A stretch of 64,000 bases of DNA from an uncultured Verrucomicrobiota bacterium (GTDB taxonomy: Bacteria > Verrucomicrobiota > Kiritimatiellia > Kiritimatiellales > Pontiellaceae). The notes below the pieces were generated by a model. That model was given only the letters and a program-made list of their open reading frames with translations, was not told where the DNA came from and did not search any database. The stretch is taken from assembly GCA_964486885.1 (NCBI GenBank), contig CAZAPF010000009.1:43308-107307 (forward strand), read 5' to 3'. Both the position numbers and the translations under genes were made by a program. Of this stretch, positions 17,260 to 26,517 are shown piece by piece. Within the stretch, counting starts at the first letter, position 1, and each line of letters starts with the position of its first letter.

Positions 17260-17814
17260 TTATTCGGCCGACCGTTCAACTTGCCAATATTCGAGCTCCA
17301 CAGGCGCAGAACGACCAAAGATCGAAACTGAGATCTTTAGTTTTCCGCGTTCCGGATCGACCTCTTCGATCATTCCGCTGAAGTTCATGAAAGGTCCATC
17401 TGTAACCTTTACCGTTTCGCCTGGCTCGAACATTACCTTCGGCGCAACCGCTTCCTTCTTTTCCTCGATTTGATGAACGATGCTATTCACTTCGTCGTCA
17501 CTCAGAGGCGCGGGTCTTTCACCACCCAGGAAACCGATAACACTCGGTGTGTTCTGTATAAATGACCAGGCTTCAGCGTTTACCACATTTCCTTCGTCGT
17601 ACAGGTTGATATTAATCAACAGGTAGCCGGGGAAAAACTTGCGGTTAACCGTCGTTTTTTTGCCTTGTTTAACTTCTGAGACCTTTTCGGAGGGGATTAA
17701 AACCTCTCCAATAATGTCTTCCATCTCTTCTTGCTGCACTCGGCTGACAATGTTCTTCTGAACTTTGAGCTCGTGACCGGAAAGCGCGTGTAGAATGTAC
17801 CATTGTTTCGGCAT
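17260..17814 (-). CDS. nusG: Transcription termination/antitermination factor NusG
   Basis: 184 aa with WYILHALSGHELKV (NGN) and a C-terminal KOW segment (GETVKVTDGPFMNFSGMIEEV). Confidence 0.95.
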   Translation of the reverse strand: MPKQWYILHALSGHELKVQKNIVSRVQQEEMEDIIGEVLIPSEKVSEVKQGKKTTVNRKFFPGYLLININLYDEGNVVNAEAWSFIQNTPSVIGFLGGERPAPLSDDEVNSIVHQIEEKKEAVAPKVMFEPGETVKVTDGPFMNFSGMIEEVDPERGKLKISVSIFGRSAPVELEYWQVERSAE

Positions 17815-17837
17815 ATGATTTTACGTCCCTGAATAAA

Positions 17838-18038
17838 TTAGCGGATGATGTAATTGAGCAAACCCATGTTCACTACATCACATAAACCCACAAACGCACC
17901 GAGAATGATGACAGAAATGACGACCACCACAGACTGACCAAACAGTTCTTTGCGGGTAGGCCACGAACATTTCACCAGCTCAACCTTCACCTCTTCGAGG
18001 AAGGTCTTCAAATTTCCGATGCTCTTAATTTTATCCAT
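17838..18038 (-). CDS. secE: Preprotein translocase subunit SecE
   Basis: Small single-TM protein between tRNA-Trp and nusG. The ATG at 18038 (MDKIKS...) is preferred over the track's TTG start at 18059, which lies only 4 nt from the tRNA. Confidence 0.85.
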   Translation of the reverse strand: MDKIKSIGNLKTFLEEVKVELVKCSWPTRKELFGQSVVVVISVIILGAFVGLCDVVNMGLLNYIIR

Positions 18039-18063
18039 TGTGCTTTCCAGTATTTTCAAAAAG

Positions 18064-18139
18064 TGGCAGGTCGGAAGGGACTCGAACCCCTAACAGCCGG
18101 TTTTGGAAACCGGTGCTCTACCAATTGAACTACCGACCT
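18064..18139 (-). tRNA. trnW: tRNA-Trp (anticodon CCA)
   Basis: The reverse complement is AGGTCGGTAGTTCAATTGGTAGAGCACCGGTTTCCAAAACCGGCTGTTAGGGGTTCGAGTCCCTTCCGACCTGCCA. It folds as a cloverleaf with a CCA anticodon in the TTCCAAA loop and an encoded 3' CCA. Confidence 0.93.
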
Positions 18140-18158
18140 GTATTCAAAATCGAATCAG

Positions 18159-18311
18159 CTACTTCGTTTCGCGATGCAAGGTATGCCGCTTATCGCGCGG
18201 ACAATACTTCTTGATTTCGCGACGACCGGTTTCCAGCTTCTTATTGCGGGTACCCGTGTAGTTGCGCTCTTTGCACTCGGTGCAGGCCAGAGTTATAATA
18301 TCTCTCGGCAT
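18159..18311 (-). CDS. rpmG: 50S ribosomal protein L33
   Basis: 50 aa, [50 protein letters not shown]. It is not in the ORF track (under 60 aa). It sits between tuf and tRNA-Trp as in many bacteria. Confidence 0.9.
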   Translation of the reverse strand: MPRDIITLACTECKERNYTGTRNKKLETGRREIKKYCPRDKRHTLHRETK

Positions 18312-18385
18312 GGTTTTTTCCTATTTGGAATTAAACGGGACCGGGGCAAGAATAGTCCTGCCCGTCGCCCGAAAGAATACCGTTA

Positions 18386-19585
18386 TTAGTCAACGATTTC
18401 GATAACACGTCCGGCACCAACGGTGCGGCCGCCTTCGCGGATAGCGAAGCGCATGTGCTGTTCCATCGCGATCGGCGTGATGAGCTCAACATCCATAGTG
18501 ATGTTGTCGCCAGGCATAACCATTTCAACGCCTTCCGGCAGCTGAATGTCGCCTGTCACGTCAGTTGTACGGAAGTAGAACTGCGGACGGTAACCCTTGA
18601 AGAACGGAGTGTGACGTCCACCTTCGTCTTTGGACAGAACGTAAACTTCGCCCTTGAACTTGGTGTGCGGGTTAATGGTGCCGGGCTTAGCCAGAACCTG
18701 ACCACGCTGTACTTCTTCTTTCTTAGTACCACGCAGCAGAACACCAACGTTGTCGCCAGCCTGACCCTCATCGAGGATCTTGCGGAACATTTCAACACCT
18801 GTGCAGGTAGTCTTAGCAGTATCTTTGATGCCGATGATTTCTACTTCGTCGCCGGTGTGGATGATACCACGCTCAACACGACCAGTAACAACGGTACCAC
18901 GACCTTCAATAGAGAAGACGTCTTCGATAGGAAGAAGGAAAGGCAGATCCGTTACACGCTCGGGCTCTGGAATCCAGCTGTCGAGGGCATCCATCAGATC
19001 CTGGATGCACTGTGCTTCCGGACCTTCCGGGTTCTGGATTGCGCCAAGAGCGGAACCACGAACGATCGGAGAATCTTCTTCGAACTCATACTTAGCGAGG
19101 AGTTCCTGAATTTCCATTTCAACGAGTTCGATCAGCTCTTCGTCATCAACGAGGTCGCACTTGTTGAGGAATACAACGATTTTCGGTACACCAACCTGGC
19201 GGGCCAGGAGGATGTGCTCGCGAGTCTGCGGCATGGGACCGGAAGGAGCTTCAACCACCAGAATCGCGCCGTCCATCTGGGCAGCACCGGTGATCATATT
19301 CTTCACGTAGTCAGCATGGCCCGGGCAGTCAACGTGGGCGTAGTGACGCTTGTCTGATTCATATTCAACGTGCGAAGTCGCAATTGTCAGAATCTTAGTG
19401 GAGTCACGACGTCCCTGGGACTCGGATGCTTTAGCAACACTATCGTATGCGATGTACTCAGACAGACCCTTAGCTGCCTGAACGCAGGTGATGGATGCTG
19501 TTACAGTAGTTTTACCATGGTCAACGTGACCAATCGTGCCCACATTCACGTGGGGCTTTGTCCGTTCGAACTTATCCTTAGCCAT
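18386..19585 (-). CDS. tuf: Elongation factor Tu
   Basis: 399 aa with [17 protein letters not shown] and NKCD. Confidence 0.98.
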   Translation of the reverse strand: MAKDKFERTKPHVNVGTIGHVDHGKTTVTASITCVQAAKGLSEYIAYDSVAKASESQGRRDSTKILTIATSHVEYESDKRHYAHVDCPGHADYVKNMITGAAQMDGAILVVEAPSGPMPQTREHILLARQVGVPKIVVFLNKCDLVDDEELIELVEMEIQELLAKYEFEEDSPIVRGSALGAIQNPEGPEAQCIQDLMDALDSWIPEPERVTDLPFLLPIEDVFSIEGRGTVVTGRVERGIIHTGDEVEIIGIKDTAKTTCTGVEMFRKILDEGQAGDNVGVLLRGTKKEEVQRGQVLAKPGTINPHTKFKGEVYVLSKDEGGRHTPFFKGYRPQFYFRTTDVTGDIQLPEGVEMVMPGDNITMDVELITPIAMEQHMRFAIREGGRTVGAGRVIEIVD

Positions 19586-19640
19586 TTTAGTTTACCTCCT
19601 GAATCTTTTATCAGTTTTACATTATTACAAATCGAACAAA

Positions 19641-19716
<76 letters not shown>

Positions 19717-20169
19717 CTGTTTATCCAAAAAAACAGACAAACAAGCCCGCACGCACACCGGTAAAAAATGCACTCACAGAGCTTGTTCCTACAAAATTAT
19801 TCCTAAGTGCCACGTCTTTTGATTTGGCAAATAAGACGGCGGACTTTATAGAAAACCACTGCTGTGTCAACACCGAAGCTTAAAAAAACTTCAGCAAAAT
19901 CGCTATCAGGGACGATTTGCCATAAACCACAGCATTTTCAGTGGTAAGGTCGTTGTATTAAGCAGGAAATCCCGGTCCAGGTCAGCCTAATAGGGCCACA
20001 AAATCCACAACTCCGGACCGTGTGGTAAATTTTCAAATTTTTTGCTGATTATCACAAACATCCTCACGTTTATAAAACCTCCAAATACCATCCCGTCCCA
20101 TTTGAAATTAAACGGCACAATAAAGATAGCTCTGCATTCGTTCAATGAATCAGCACAGCACCCCAATAA

Positions 20170-21927
20170 GTGTTGCTTTTTCCAAACTTTGAATGGCAGA
20201 CTCCAGAGCAAATGTTAACTACGAATACAAGAATACAAGACCTACTCGAATCCACTGACCTTTTTGAACAGGAGCAGCTGGTCCAACTCTTAGCCGATGC
20301 CCGCGAAAATGGACGGCCTGTTTGCGAGGTCATTCGCGAAGTCGAGGACCTTAAGGAAGACCAATTCCTCGAAAAGCTTGCTGAAACCATGGAATTGCCC
20401 TTCCAGCGGCTAAAAGAAATCGAGATCGAAAATGAAATTCTCGAAAAACTCCCGACAAAGGCGATCTTCCAATATAATGTAATACCCCTTACCGATGAGG
20501 ATGGTTGCCTGAAAGTTGCAACCAGCGATCCTTTCCTTCCCGGACTGGTCGACGCACTCCGACTTGCTGCGGAATGCAGAATACGGCTCATCCTTAGTCC
20601 CTCCGACGATATTGCCACCTCTGCAAAACGTTTTTACGGCGTGGGTGCGGAAACGCTGGACCGCATGATGCAGGATGATCGCATAGATCTTGAAGATGAT
20701 GACGATCTCCTGAAACAGGATCTCAGTGAACTCGATCAGGAAGCATCGGTTGTAAAATTTGTAAACCAGATCATATGGGAAGCATACAACGACCGCGCAA
20801 CTGATATTCATATTGAGCCCATGGAGACGGATCTGCGCATCCGTTATCGTGTAGACGGAGTTTTACACGAAACCCCCATGCCACCTCAGTTAAAGCGCTT
20901 TCAGTCATCGGTCATCTCCCGTATTAAGGTAATGGCCAATATGGACATCGCCGAAAAGCGCCTTCCGCAGGATGGTCGCATCAGCGTGCGAATCCGTGGC
21001 GCAGAAATCGACGTTCGTGTATCCACCATGCCCACCGTATACGGCGAAAGTGTCAGCCTTCGTCTTTTGATGCGCGGGGGCGGACTCGTTACCATGGCGG
21101 ACCTCGGCCTCAATGAAAGTGACAGCACCCATTTGAAAAAGATGATCACCCGCCCGCACGGAATTCTTCTGGTTACCGGTCCAACCGGTTCGGGAAAATC
21201 GACATCACTCTATGCCTGGCTCCACACCATCAACTCGGTGGACAAGCGCATTATGTCGGCGGAAGATCCGATCGAATATGAAATGCCCGGCGTAAACCAG
21301 GTTCAGATGCGTCCCGAAATCGGCCTGACATTTGCCGACACCCTGCGAACCTTCCTGCGTCAGGACCCGGATGTCATTATGGTCGGGGAAATTCGTGATA
21401 AGGAAACTGCGGAAATTGCAATTCGCGCCGCTTTGACGGGCCACCTTGTATTCAGCACCATTCATACAAACGACTCAGCCAGCACCATAACCCGCCTACT
21501 TGATATGGGTATCGAGCCGTTTCTTGTTGCCTCATCCGTTGAAGGCATTGTTGCGCAGCGCCTTGTACGTGGCTTATGCAAAAACTGCCGCCAACCCGTT
21601 GAGCTCGACGAAGCATTCCTGCTGGAACATAATTTCCCCATTGAACGACTTGCCTCGGAAGGCCCGATTTATGAAGCCGTTGGATGCGATGAATGTCGTG
21701 GAAATGGATACAAAGGCCGAACCGGTATCTTTGAAATTCTGCCTGTAACTGATGACATACGCCCATTAGTAGTTGCACACGCTTCCGCCAGCGTCATCAA
21801 GCAGACCGCATTGGATCAAGGCATGAAAACCCTACGCGAAGACGGCTGGGACAAGGTGCTTGCAGGTGTTACCACGATTGATGAAATTCTTCGTGTTACT
21901 GAAGAGGCAGAATTTGACGAGGAATAA
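20170..21927 (+). CDS. GspE/PilB-family secretion ATPase (type II secretion / type IV pilus assembly)
   Basis: 585 aa with an N-terminal T2SSE_N-like domain, Walker A GPTGSGKST, Asp/His boxes and a C-terminal CxxC...CxxC tetracysteine. GTG start; a later start is possible. Confidence 0.9.
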   Translation: MLLFPNFEWQTPEQMLTTNTRIQDLLESTDLFEQEQLVQLLADARENGRPVCEVIREVEDLKEDQFLEKLAETMELPFQRLKEIEIENEILEKLPTKAIFQYNVIPLTDEDGCLKVATSDPFLPGLVDALRLAAECRIRLILSPSDDIATSAKRFYGVGAETLDRMMQDDRIDLEDDDDLLKQDLSELDQEASVVKFVNQIIWEAYNDRATDIHIEPMETDLRIRYRVDGVLHETPMPPQLKRFQSSVISRIKVMANMDIAEKRLPQDGRISVRIRGAEIDVRVSTMPTVYGESVSLRLLMRGGGLVTMADLGLNESDSTHLKKMITRPHGILLVTGPTGSGKSTSLYAWLHTINSVDKRIMSAEDPIEYEMPGVNQVQMRPEIGLTFADTLRTFLRQDPDVIMVGEIRDKETAEIAIRAALTGHLVFSTIHTNDSASTITRLLDMGIEPFLVASSVEGIVAQRLVRGLCKNCRQPVELDEAFLLEHNFPIERLASEGPIYEAVGCDECRGNGYKGRTGIFEILPVTDDIRPLVVAHASASVIKQTALDQGMKTLREDGWDKVLAGVTTIDEILRVTEEAEFDEE

Positions 21928-21939
21928 TTAGTTTTCTCT

Positions 21940-22626
21940 TTATTCCGGCGGAAGGATTCCCTCAGCCACCAACTGATCATCCATATCCTTAGTCAGCGGT
22001 ATCGGTAGCGGCGGCATACCCTGACGAATGACCTCCATTTGATACTGACGCAGATTTTCGCGAACTTCCTCGCGCTTTATGGCCTGCTCTTCCGGTGTTA
22101 ACTGCGGCTCCGGCGGCTTTGCGGGTTGAGGGGCCGGACGGCGGAATCCCCCGCCAAACCTACGCTGAGGCTGAGCCGTTACTTTCGCTGCAGGCTTAGC
22201 AGCACCCTTAGCCAATTCAAATGTGACCCTGCTCCCACTCCGATCAAGTGTTGCACTTGATGTTGCCAAATCAATCTCCAGCAACTTCATGCCTCGAAAA
22301 CTTTCGCCAACCATCAGCATAACACTTTTCGGGTCGCCTGCTTTTGCCGTTTTATTCTCAAATCCGGCACGAACTTCACCACTATCTGATTCCAGCAGAA
22401 AACAAAGCCGTAATTCTTTTTCCGCGGCTTTCGAAGCGGCCGCAGCCGCCGCTGCATCTTTTGCGTTTTTTGCGGCCTCTGCGGCAATCAGAGGGTCGGC
22501 ACCAAAAGGCGAGCGTTCGATAATTACCGTATAACGCTTCGCATCATACTGTGTGTCAGCAGCGAAGCCACCCGCAACCGTAATGCCCAATGCAACAATG
22601 ATTCTACTGATCTGTTTTCCAACCAT
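21940..22626 (-). CDS. Hypothetical membrane-anchored protein, possibly GspC/PilP-like
   Basis: 228 aa with an N-terminal signal anchor and an RSPFG motif. A beta-rich segment (LMVGESFRGMKLLEIDLATSSATLDRSGSRVTFEL) resembles the HR/PilP fold pattern. It has an Ala-rich and Pro-rich linker. The family assignment is by eye only. Confidence 0.35.
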   Translation of the reverse strand: MVGKQISRIIVALGITVAGGFAADTQYDAKRYTVIIERSPFGADPLIAAEAAKNAKDAAAAAAASKAAEKELRLCFLLESDSGEVRAGFENKTAKAGDPKSVMLMVGESFRGMKLLEIDLATSSATLDRSGSRVTFELAKGAAKPAAKVTAQPQRRFGGGFRRPAPQPAKPPEPQLTPEEQAIKREEVRENLRQYQMEVIRQGMPPLPIPLTKDMDDQLVAEGILPPE

Positions 22627-22769
22627 AATTGGAAGCTTCCTTTTCTAATCCACCGAAACAATGCTTGCTTGCCCTCGATTCGTCAAGTGCAACTACCGTT
22701 TCCACGACAAGAGAAATAACGCTCCATGGCGTGGAAATATTGCCCGCACTCCCCTTTTAAGCATAGGAT

Positions 22770-23660
22770 ATGTTGATGGAGCCCAAAACCATTATCATTA
22801 CCGGCGCAAACTCAGGCATCGGAAAAGCATCCGCTGCCGAAATCGCCAGACAGGGGCATCAGGTTGTGCTGGCATGCCGCAATCTGGACCGCGCAGAAAA
22901 AGCCCAAGCTGAAATAGGCGGCAATACGCTCATTGCTGAATTGAACCTTTCTCAGCGCTCCAGCATTCATGCATTTACAGAATGGGCCCACCATGAGCTC
23001 GATGGCGTGGACGTACTTATAAATAATGCCGCGGATTTTGACCTCTCCCGCAAGAGTCATGAAATGACGTTAGATGGTTTCGAAAAAATCTGGTTCACCA
23101 ACCACCTTGCACCCGTTTTACTCACAGATCGGTTGATGGATATGCTGATCGCCAGCCCGCAGGGTCGCATTCTAAATGTTTCATCCAAGGGCTTACTGGT
23201 TCACCCATTCCTCAGCGTTAACCTTAAAGATCCCATGTTTACCAAACGCCCATATTCGGTATCGAAAGCCTATTACCAATCCAAGCTGGCACAACTCATG
23301 TACACCCTCTGGTTATCGCAGCAGTTGACCGGCACCATGGTTACAGCAAACTGCATCCAGGTAGCGAATGTTCGGCTGGATATGAACCGTTTTCCAGATC
23401 TTCCGCAATGGCTCAAGAATTTATATACGATAAAAGCCCTGTTTTCCATCAACCCGGAACAAATGGCAGAAACCTATGCGCAAGCTGCCGTAGATGAAAA
23501 AACTGGAAACCTCACAGGCAAACATATTGCCCACCCCTTCAAAGAAACCGATATGCCTGCTTATGCAAAAGACCCTCTCTGCATAGAACAGGTCATGCAA
23601 CTCACCTACAGGCAACTCGGCATACAGCCATCGATTTCATACGAACCGGGCGAAGGTTAA
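22770..23660 (+). CDS. Short-chain dehydrogenase/reductase (SDR) family oxidoreductase
   Basis: 296 aa with the TGANSGIGKA cofactor motif, NNAA and a Y-x3-K catalytic pair (YYQSK). Confidence 0.88.
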   Translation: MLMEPKTIIITGANSGIGKASAAEIARQGHQVVLACRNLDRAEKAQAEIGGNTLIAELNLSQRSSIHAFTEWAHHELDGVDVLINNAADFDLSRKSHEMTLDGFEKIWFTNHLAPVLLTDRLMDMLIASPQGRILNVSSKGLLVHPFLSVNLKDPMFTKRPYSVSKAYYQSKLAQLMYTLWLSQQLTGTMVTANCIQVANVRLDMNRFPDLPQWLKNLYTIKALFSINPEQMAETYAQAAVDEKTGNLTGKHIAHPFKETDMPAYAKDPLCIEQVMQLTYRQLGIQPSISYEPGEG

Positions 23661-24958
23661 CGACGGCGCCTACCCAGCGGAACAGATAAGGTTCCATTGA
23701 AAAACTCGATGATGTGCCCCCGCTCGATAAGCCAACCCAAAGGTTGCAATGCATCCTTCGCCTCCCTCGAGGCCGGATCTAACGACGGGTGCAACACCTC
23801 TAATAAATGCTTACGCGTTGAACCCGGATGATCTTTGAGAAAAACCAGCACCTCAGCAATTTTCTCAATTGTTTTTTCAGGGCTGACCGGATTGGGCTTA
23901 ATGTGTGTGACAAAGTTAATCTTGCCCGCCTTGAACATGTAGAGGTGCATATGGCGAAACGCGGCACGCATGGCAAATGACATGGTTAGCGGAAAGCGAC
24001 TTTCCTTAGACCAAACCTGCCGGATAGCATGGGTCACATTCCGATCCGTTAAACCCTGTGCCACTTTGGCAGGTACGATTGCCCGATGCGTTGTTTCATA
24101 GAGGTCCGGCACCTGCTTCGCGAAATCAAGTTCAGCGCGTCGATGATCAAGCGGCTCGGCCTCCGGGTCGGACTTGAGTTTATAGATCGTCTGCTTCCGG
24201 CTCTCTTCTTTCCACTGCTCAACCAGCTCTTCATCCTTCACAATCTCAACATTGCGTTTGTAGTCCTCAATCGACATGTGAGCAAACCGCGCCTGATGAA
24301 CTTCATTGAGCTTCTCGGTGTAGCTATGGTGATTCGGCGGTCCCAGCAATATTCCGGTTTTCCGACAGCGGGCCACGCCCGGGAAACTGCCGGATGGCGG
24401 CTCGGCCTCAATTTCTTCTTTTTCATAAACGTCTGTCAGGTGCGTCGACATCACATGCTGCTTAAGAAGCTCTTCTGAAGCAGAAACCGCTTTGCAGCGC
24501 TTGCACTGAAACAGCTCGAAATCAGGCGCCCCTTTGCTTACCTCGATTTTCACCAGATACCCTTCCGCGTCGTGAACCAGAAGATTGGCCAGATCCATCA
24601 GCGGATAAGCGCGGCGGGAATGATGAATCTGCTTCACCAATGAAGCCAAACGTTTCTGCTCAGGAAGAAAGGATACCGTAACCGGAATTTCCTTAATCGG
24701 TTCACTCGGCGGGCGCGGGCGCTCACGGCGCTCCGGCCGTTCCTGCCGAGGGCGGCGGGGTCGGTCATCCCTGCGTCCTTCACCCCGTGGCGCACGACGG
24801 TCATCACGGCGCGGCGGCCGTTCCTTTTCGGCATAGTTCTTTTTACTATAGTGATTTTCGCCCGGAGGCTTGCGCGCCCACTGGGGAACAAAGTTGAGAT
24901 CAAGGATTACATCGTTCGAATCCTTCTGCCCATCCTGTGCGTGTGATTTATCTTCCAT
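23657..24958 (-). CDS. Hypothetical protein with an Arg-rich disordered N-terminus and one classical C2H2 zinc-finger spacing
   Basis: 433 aa. Residues around 40-85 are RRDDRRAPRGEGRRDDRPRRPRQERPERRERPRPP. FQCKRCKAVSASEELLKQHVMSTH fits C-x2-C-x12-H-x4-H. I recognise no family. Confidence 0.6.
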   Translation of the reverse strand: MEDKSHAQDGQKDSNDVILDLNFVPQWARKPPGENHYSKKNYAEKERPPRRDDRRAPRGEGRRDDRPRRPRQERPERRERPRPPSEPIKEIPVTVSFLPEQKRLASLVKQIHHSRRAYPLMDLANLLVHDAEGYLVKIEVSKGAPDFELFQCKRCKAVSASEELLKQHVMSTHLTDVYEKEEIEAEPPSGSFPGVARCRKTGILLGPPNHHSYTEKLNEVHQARFAHMSIEDYKRNVEIVKDEELVEQWKEESRKQTIYKLKSDPEAEPLDHRRAELDFAKQVPDLYETTHRAIVPAKVAQGLTDRNVTHAIRQVWSKESRFPLTMSFAMRAAFRHMHLYMFKAGKINFVTHIKPNPVSPEKTIEKIAEVLVFLKDHPGSTRKHLLEVLHPSLDPASREAKDALQPLGWLIERGHIIEFFNGTLSVPLGRRRR

Positions 24959-25059
24959 GGCATCAACCGTACGTTTAGTTTATTTGAAAACAAGTTTAGA
25001 GAAATCCCGCTTAATGAAAAGCAATAATCCACATGTAGATTTTAAACGGCATTTCATCC

Positions 25060-26253
25060 ATGAGTAACTTTCAGACCACTTTTCTGCATGTCGACATGGA
25101 TGCTTTTTTTGCATCGGTCGAACAACGCGACCATCCTGAGTTGCGAGGCAAACCGGTGGTAGTGGGTGCCCCGCCTGATCAGCGCGGTGTTGTGGCTGCT
25201 GCATCGTACGAAGCACGAGAGTATGGAATCCATTCCGCCATGCCCTCGCGAACGGCTAAACAAAAATGTCCGCACGCCATCTTCGTTTCCCACAACATGG
25301 GGAACTATAAGGAAGCCTCGCGCCAGATCATGCGCATCTTCGAATCCTATACCCCGCTTGTGCAGCCGCTATCCATCGATGAGGCCTTTCTGGATGTAAC
25401 CGGGGCACAGCGTCTGTTTGGCTCAGGCCCGGAGATTGCTGAAAAAATTCGCAGCGATATCCACAAGCAAACGCAACTCACTGCTTCGGTCGGCGTCGCA
25501 TCGAACATGTACCTTGCAAAAATTGCGTCCGATATGAATAAACCTGACGGACTGACTCAGGTCCCCTTTGAGCAAGATGCCATTGAAAAATTCCTAGCTC
25601 CACTTCCCATTGGTCGCATGTGGGGCGTCGGCAAAGTAACCCAGAAAAAACTGCTTTCCCTGGGACTGACAACCATCGGGAAGCTACAGGAATGCGATTT
25701 TGATATATTAAGAAAGGCTGTGGGTGATCGGGCGGCCCATGGATTCAGCCGACTCGCACGAGGGATCGACGAGCGCTCAATTGGGGGTGAAGTGGATGAA
25801 AAAAGTATTTCCAATGAAACAACCTTCAGCTCGGATGTGACGGATCATGATAAGATCGAATCTACATACAAAAGACTGGTCGACAAAGTAGCAGGCCGCC
25901 TCCGCAAAGCCGGTTTTTTCGCAACCACGGCGCACCTGAAAATACGTTGGTCCGATTTTTCAACCATCACCCGGCAGACCCGATTTTCCATTCCCGCCTG
26001 CGATGATGTGACTCTGCGCGAGGTCAGCATGGAGTTACTGAATGAACATCTGCGACATCGTCCTGTACGCCTTATTGGCTTCGGCGTCAGCGGGCTTGTT
26101 GAAACGGATGAATCTCCTATCCAGCAACTTAACCTGTTTGAAGCACCGGACACGGCTCTTCAGGAAAAACGCAGACGGCTGAGTCAGACGGCCGATACGA
26201 TAAAGGAAAAATACGGATCTAAAAGTCTGCGACGCGGGTCTGACCTCGGCTAA
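25060..26253 (+). CDS. dinB: DNA polymerase IV (Y-family)
   Basis: 397 aa with FLHVDMDAFFASVEQRDHPELRGKPVVVG and SIDEAFLDVT. Confidence 0.95.
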   Translation: MSNFQTTFLHVDMDAFFASVEQRDHPELRGKPVVVGAPPDQRGVVAAASYEAREYGIHSAMPSRTAKQKCPHAIFVSHNMGNYKEASRQIMRIFESYTPLVQPLSIDEAFLDVTGAQRLFGSGPEIAEKIRSDIHKQTQLTASVGVASNMYLAKIASDMNKPDGLTQVPFEQDAIEKFLAPLPIGRMWGVGKVTQKKLLSLGLTTIGKLQECDFDILRKAVGDRAAHGFSRLARGIDERSIGGEVDEKSISNETTFSSDVTDHDKIESTYKRLVDKVAGRLRKAGFFATTAHLKIRWSDFSTITRQTRFSIPACDDVTLREVSMELLNEHLRHRPVRLIGFGVSGLVETDESPIQQLNLFEAPDTALQEKRRRLSQTADTIKEKYGSKSLRRGSDLG

Positions 26254-26341
26254 CCTCTTTTATCATACGAATTTTGTCCAGTATCTGGTTAAGGTTTCGT
26301 TTTGTGCATATAGAAACTTTCTTGGTTTCTTCTTCCTATTA

Positions 26342-26386
26342 GCGGCGCAGGTGCATACCCCTCATACCTGCGTCGCTTTCTTTTTA
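26342..26386 (+). terminator. Rho-independent terminator after dinB
   Basis: GCGGCGCAGGT-(13-nt loop)-ACCTGCGTCGC followed by TTTCTTTTT. Confidence 0.75.
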
Positions 26387-26517
26387 CCCATTACTCCCGG
26401 CGCTTGGATTTGCCTTTCCCCCGAAAAACCCCTAAAAACAAACATTCTACTTTTATATTGAAATATCCGGATAAACGGATATATACATCCCAACCCTTTT
26501 AAAACGGATGATTTTAG

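Noticed and set aside
19955-19995. AAGCAGGAAATCCCGGTCCAGGTCAGCC, which superficially recalls the conserved CAGGUCAGGUCCGGAAGGAAGCAGCC of SRP (4.5S) RNA domain IV.
   Set aside because: The segments are in the wrong order, there is no GNRA-closed helix, and I could not draw flanking pairing on either strand.
26254-26517. Possible cobalamin or SAM riboswitch upstream of metH.
   Set aside because: After the dinB terminator the region is AT-rich, with only a 7-bp palindrome (ATATCCG...CGGATAT). There is no B12-box-like or SAM-I-like conserved core and no multi-helix structure.
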